A stretch of 64,000 bases of DNA. It comes from an uncultured Enterobacteriaceae bacterium (lineage in GTDB: Bacteria > Pseudomonadota > Gammaproteobacteria > Burkholderiales > SG8-39). The DNA is taken from assembly GCA_964565875.1 (NCBI GenBank), contig CAZMGP010000022.1:1648-65647 (forward strand), read 5' to 3'. The notes below the pieces were generated by a model. That model saw only the letters and a program-made list of their open reading frames with translations. It was not told the origin of the DNA and ran no database searches. Below, in pieces: positions 63,478 to 64,000 of the stretch. The position numbers were made by a program, and so were the translations under genes. How positions within the stretch are numbered: the stretch's first letter is position 1; every line of letters begins with the position of its first letter.

Positions 63478-64000
63478 AAAAAGCGCAATTCGCAAGCTGT
63501 GTCTTGGCCGCGGCCAGCCTCGCCGTCCTCGGCTCCGCGTCTGCGGCAGACGACTTGCTCGGAGCTTGGCGCGCGGCGCAGACGCACGATCCGGCTTTCG
63601 CCGCGGCGCGGGCGGAGTGGGACGCCGGTCGCACCAAGTCGCGCCAAGGCCGCGCGCTGCTCGCGCCCAACGTCGCCGTCTCGGGATCAGTCGGCTATCT
63701 TTACAGCGATCGCGACACCCGCGGCGCGCAGTTTTCCGCGCCCGGTTTCGGCGCGGCGAACGACGCCCAATTCCGCTCCAAGATCGACGGCGGGCAGGCG
63801 AGCTCGGTCGGCGTGCTCGCGCGCCAACCCATTTACAACGCCATGTTGAGCGCCTCGGCGAGCCAGCTCGAGCGCCAGGCGCAGTTGGCCGACGTGCGCT
63901 TCGCCGGCGCGCGCCAGGAGTTGATCCTGCGCACGGCGCAGGCCTACTTCGCCCTTCTCGCGGCGAACGATGCCCTCGCGACCCTGCAGGCGCAGAAGAA
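63474..64000 (+). CDS. TolC-family outer-membrane efflux protein, N-terminal part (runs off the window end)
   Basis: The ATG at 63474 overlaps the trxC stop as ATGA. The signal peptide is MKKAQFASCVLAAASLAVLGSASA. The typical OMF opening follows: DLLGAWRAAQTHDPAFAAARAEWDAG...AQAYFALLAANDAL. Confidence 0.85.
   Translation, partial: MKKAQFASCVLAAASLAVLGSASAADDLLGAWRAAQTHDPAFAAARAEWDAGRTKSRQGRALLAPNVAVSGSVGYLYSDRDTRGAQFSAPGFGAANDAQFRSKIDGGQASSVGVLARQPIYNAMLSASASQLERQAQLADVRFAGARQELILRTAQAYFALLAANDALATLQAQK

Noticed and set aside
1-64000. Prophage, integrative element, defence island, toxin-antitoxin, CRISPR-Cas, tRNA or rRNA genes.
   Set aside because: I recognised no integrase, transposase, phage structural, Cas, restriction or toxin motifs in any frame. 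I saw no tRNA-like cloverleaf in the intergenic regions I read, and no compositional break apart from short AT-rich promoter regions.

Overview
This 64-kb window is a gene-dense, visibly GC-rich chromosomal segment (roughly two-thirds G+C by eye, not computed). It looks like a Burkholderiales-type betaproteobacterium. That is an inference from five orphan Bug/TctC-family binding proteins with no TctA/TctB, plus the Arg/Ala/Pro-rich shadow ORFs on every strand. I call 58 protein-coding genes, 2 of them cut by the window edges and 1 a small unlisted ORF. I see no rRNA, tRNA, CRISPR, transposase, integrase or phage genes.

Gene order: a panE fragment; an OYE flavin oxidoreductase; a split chromate-transporter pair; an Atu/Liu-like carboxyltransferase / acyl-CoA dehydrogenase / hydratase / AtuA operon; a secreted hypothetical; two tandem PhoA-type alkaline phosphatases behind a Pho box; SDR, Bug, thiolase-like and GST genes; a TPP enzyme plus cupin; tcuAB; an island of aldehyde dehydrogenase, IclR, cytoplasmic PBP-like protein, Bug, PhtD-like protein and two FAD enzymes; a Liv-type ABC importer with a permease-ATPase-ATPase triple fusion; a gudD/garD cluster with two Bug proteins and a LacI regulator; a thioesterase; an archaeal-type FBP aldolase/phosphatase; an M28 peptidase; a radical SAM protein; an acyl-CoA ligase; a 2-hydroxyacid dehydrogenase; a PilZ/YcgR-like protein; an IorAB-like molybdo-oxidoreductase with a ModA-like protein; Bug; nfi plus an AP-superfamily protein.

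The last 8 kb is a thiol-redox/efflux block. It contains a CnoX-like protein, an AhpD-like protein, DUF2892, TlpA and ArsR on one side, divergent from MFP-RND-DUF2892-TrxC-TolC on the other.

Most notable observations:
1. The RND efflux operon has an embedded thioredoxin-2 gene and a small Cys-Pro membrane protein, and sits next to a Cys-bearing ArsR regulator.
2. The two phosphatase genes share a 1,221-bp block at 100% nucleotide identity, while their ends are diverged.
3. A class V FBP aldolase/phosphatase occurs in a proteobacterial context.
4. A stand-alone cytoplasmic PBP-fold protein lies in an IclR-controlled catabolic island.
5. A radical SAM protein carries a CX4CX2C cluster motif.

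All family calls rest on motif recognition from the translations. No database search was possible.
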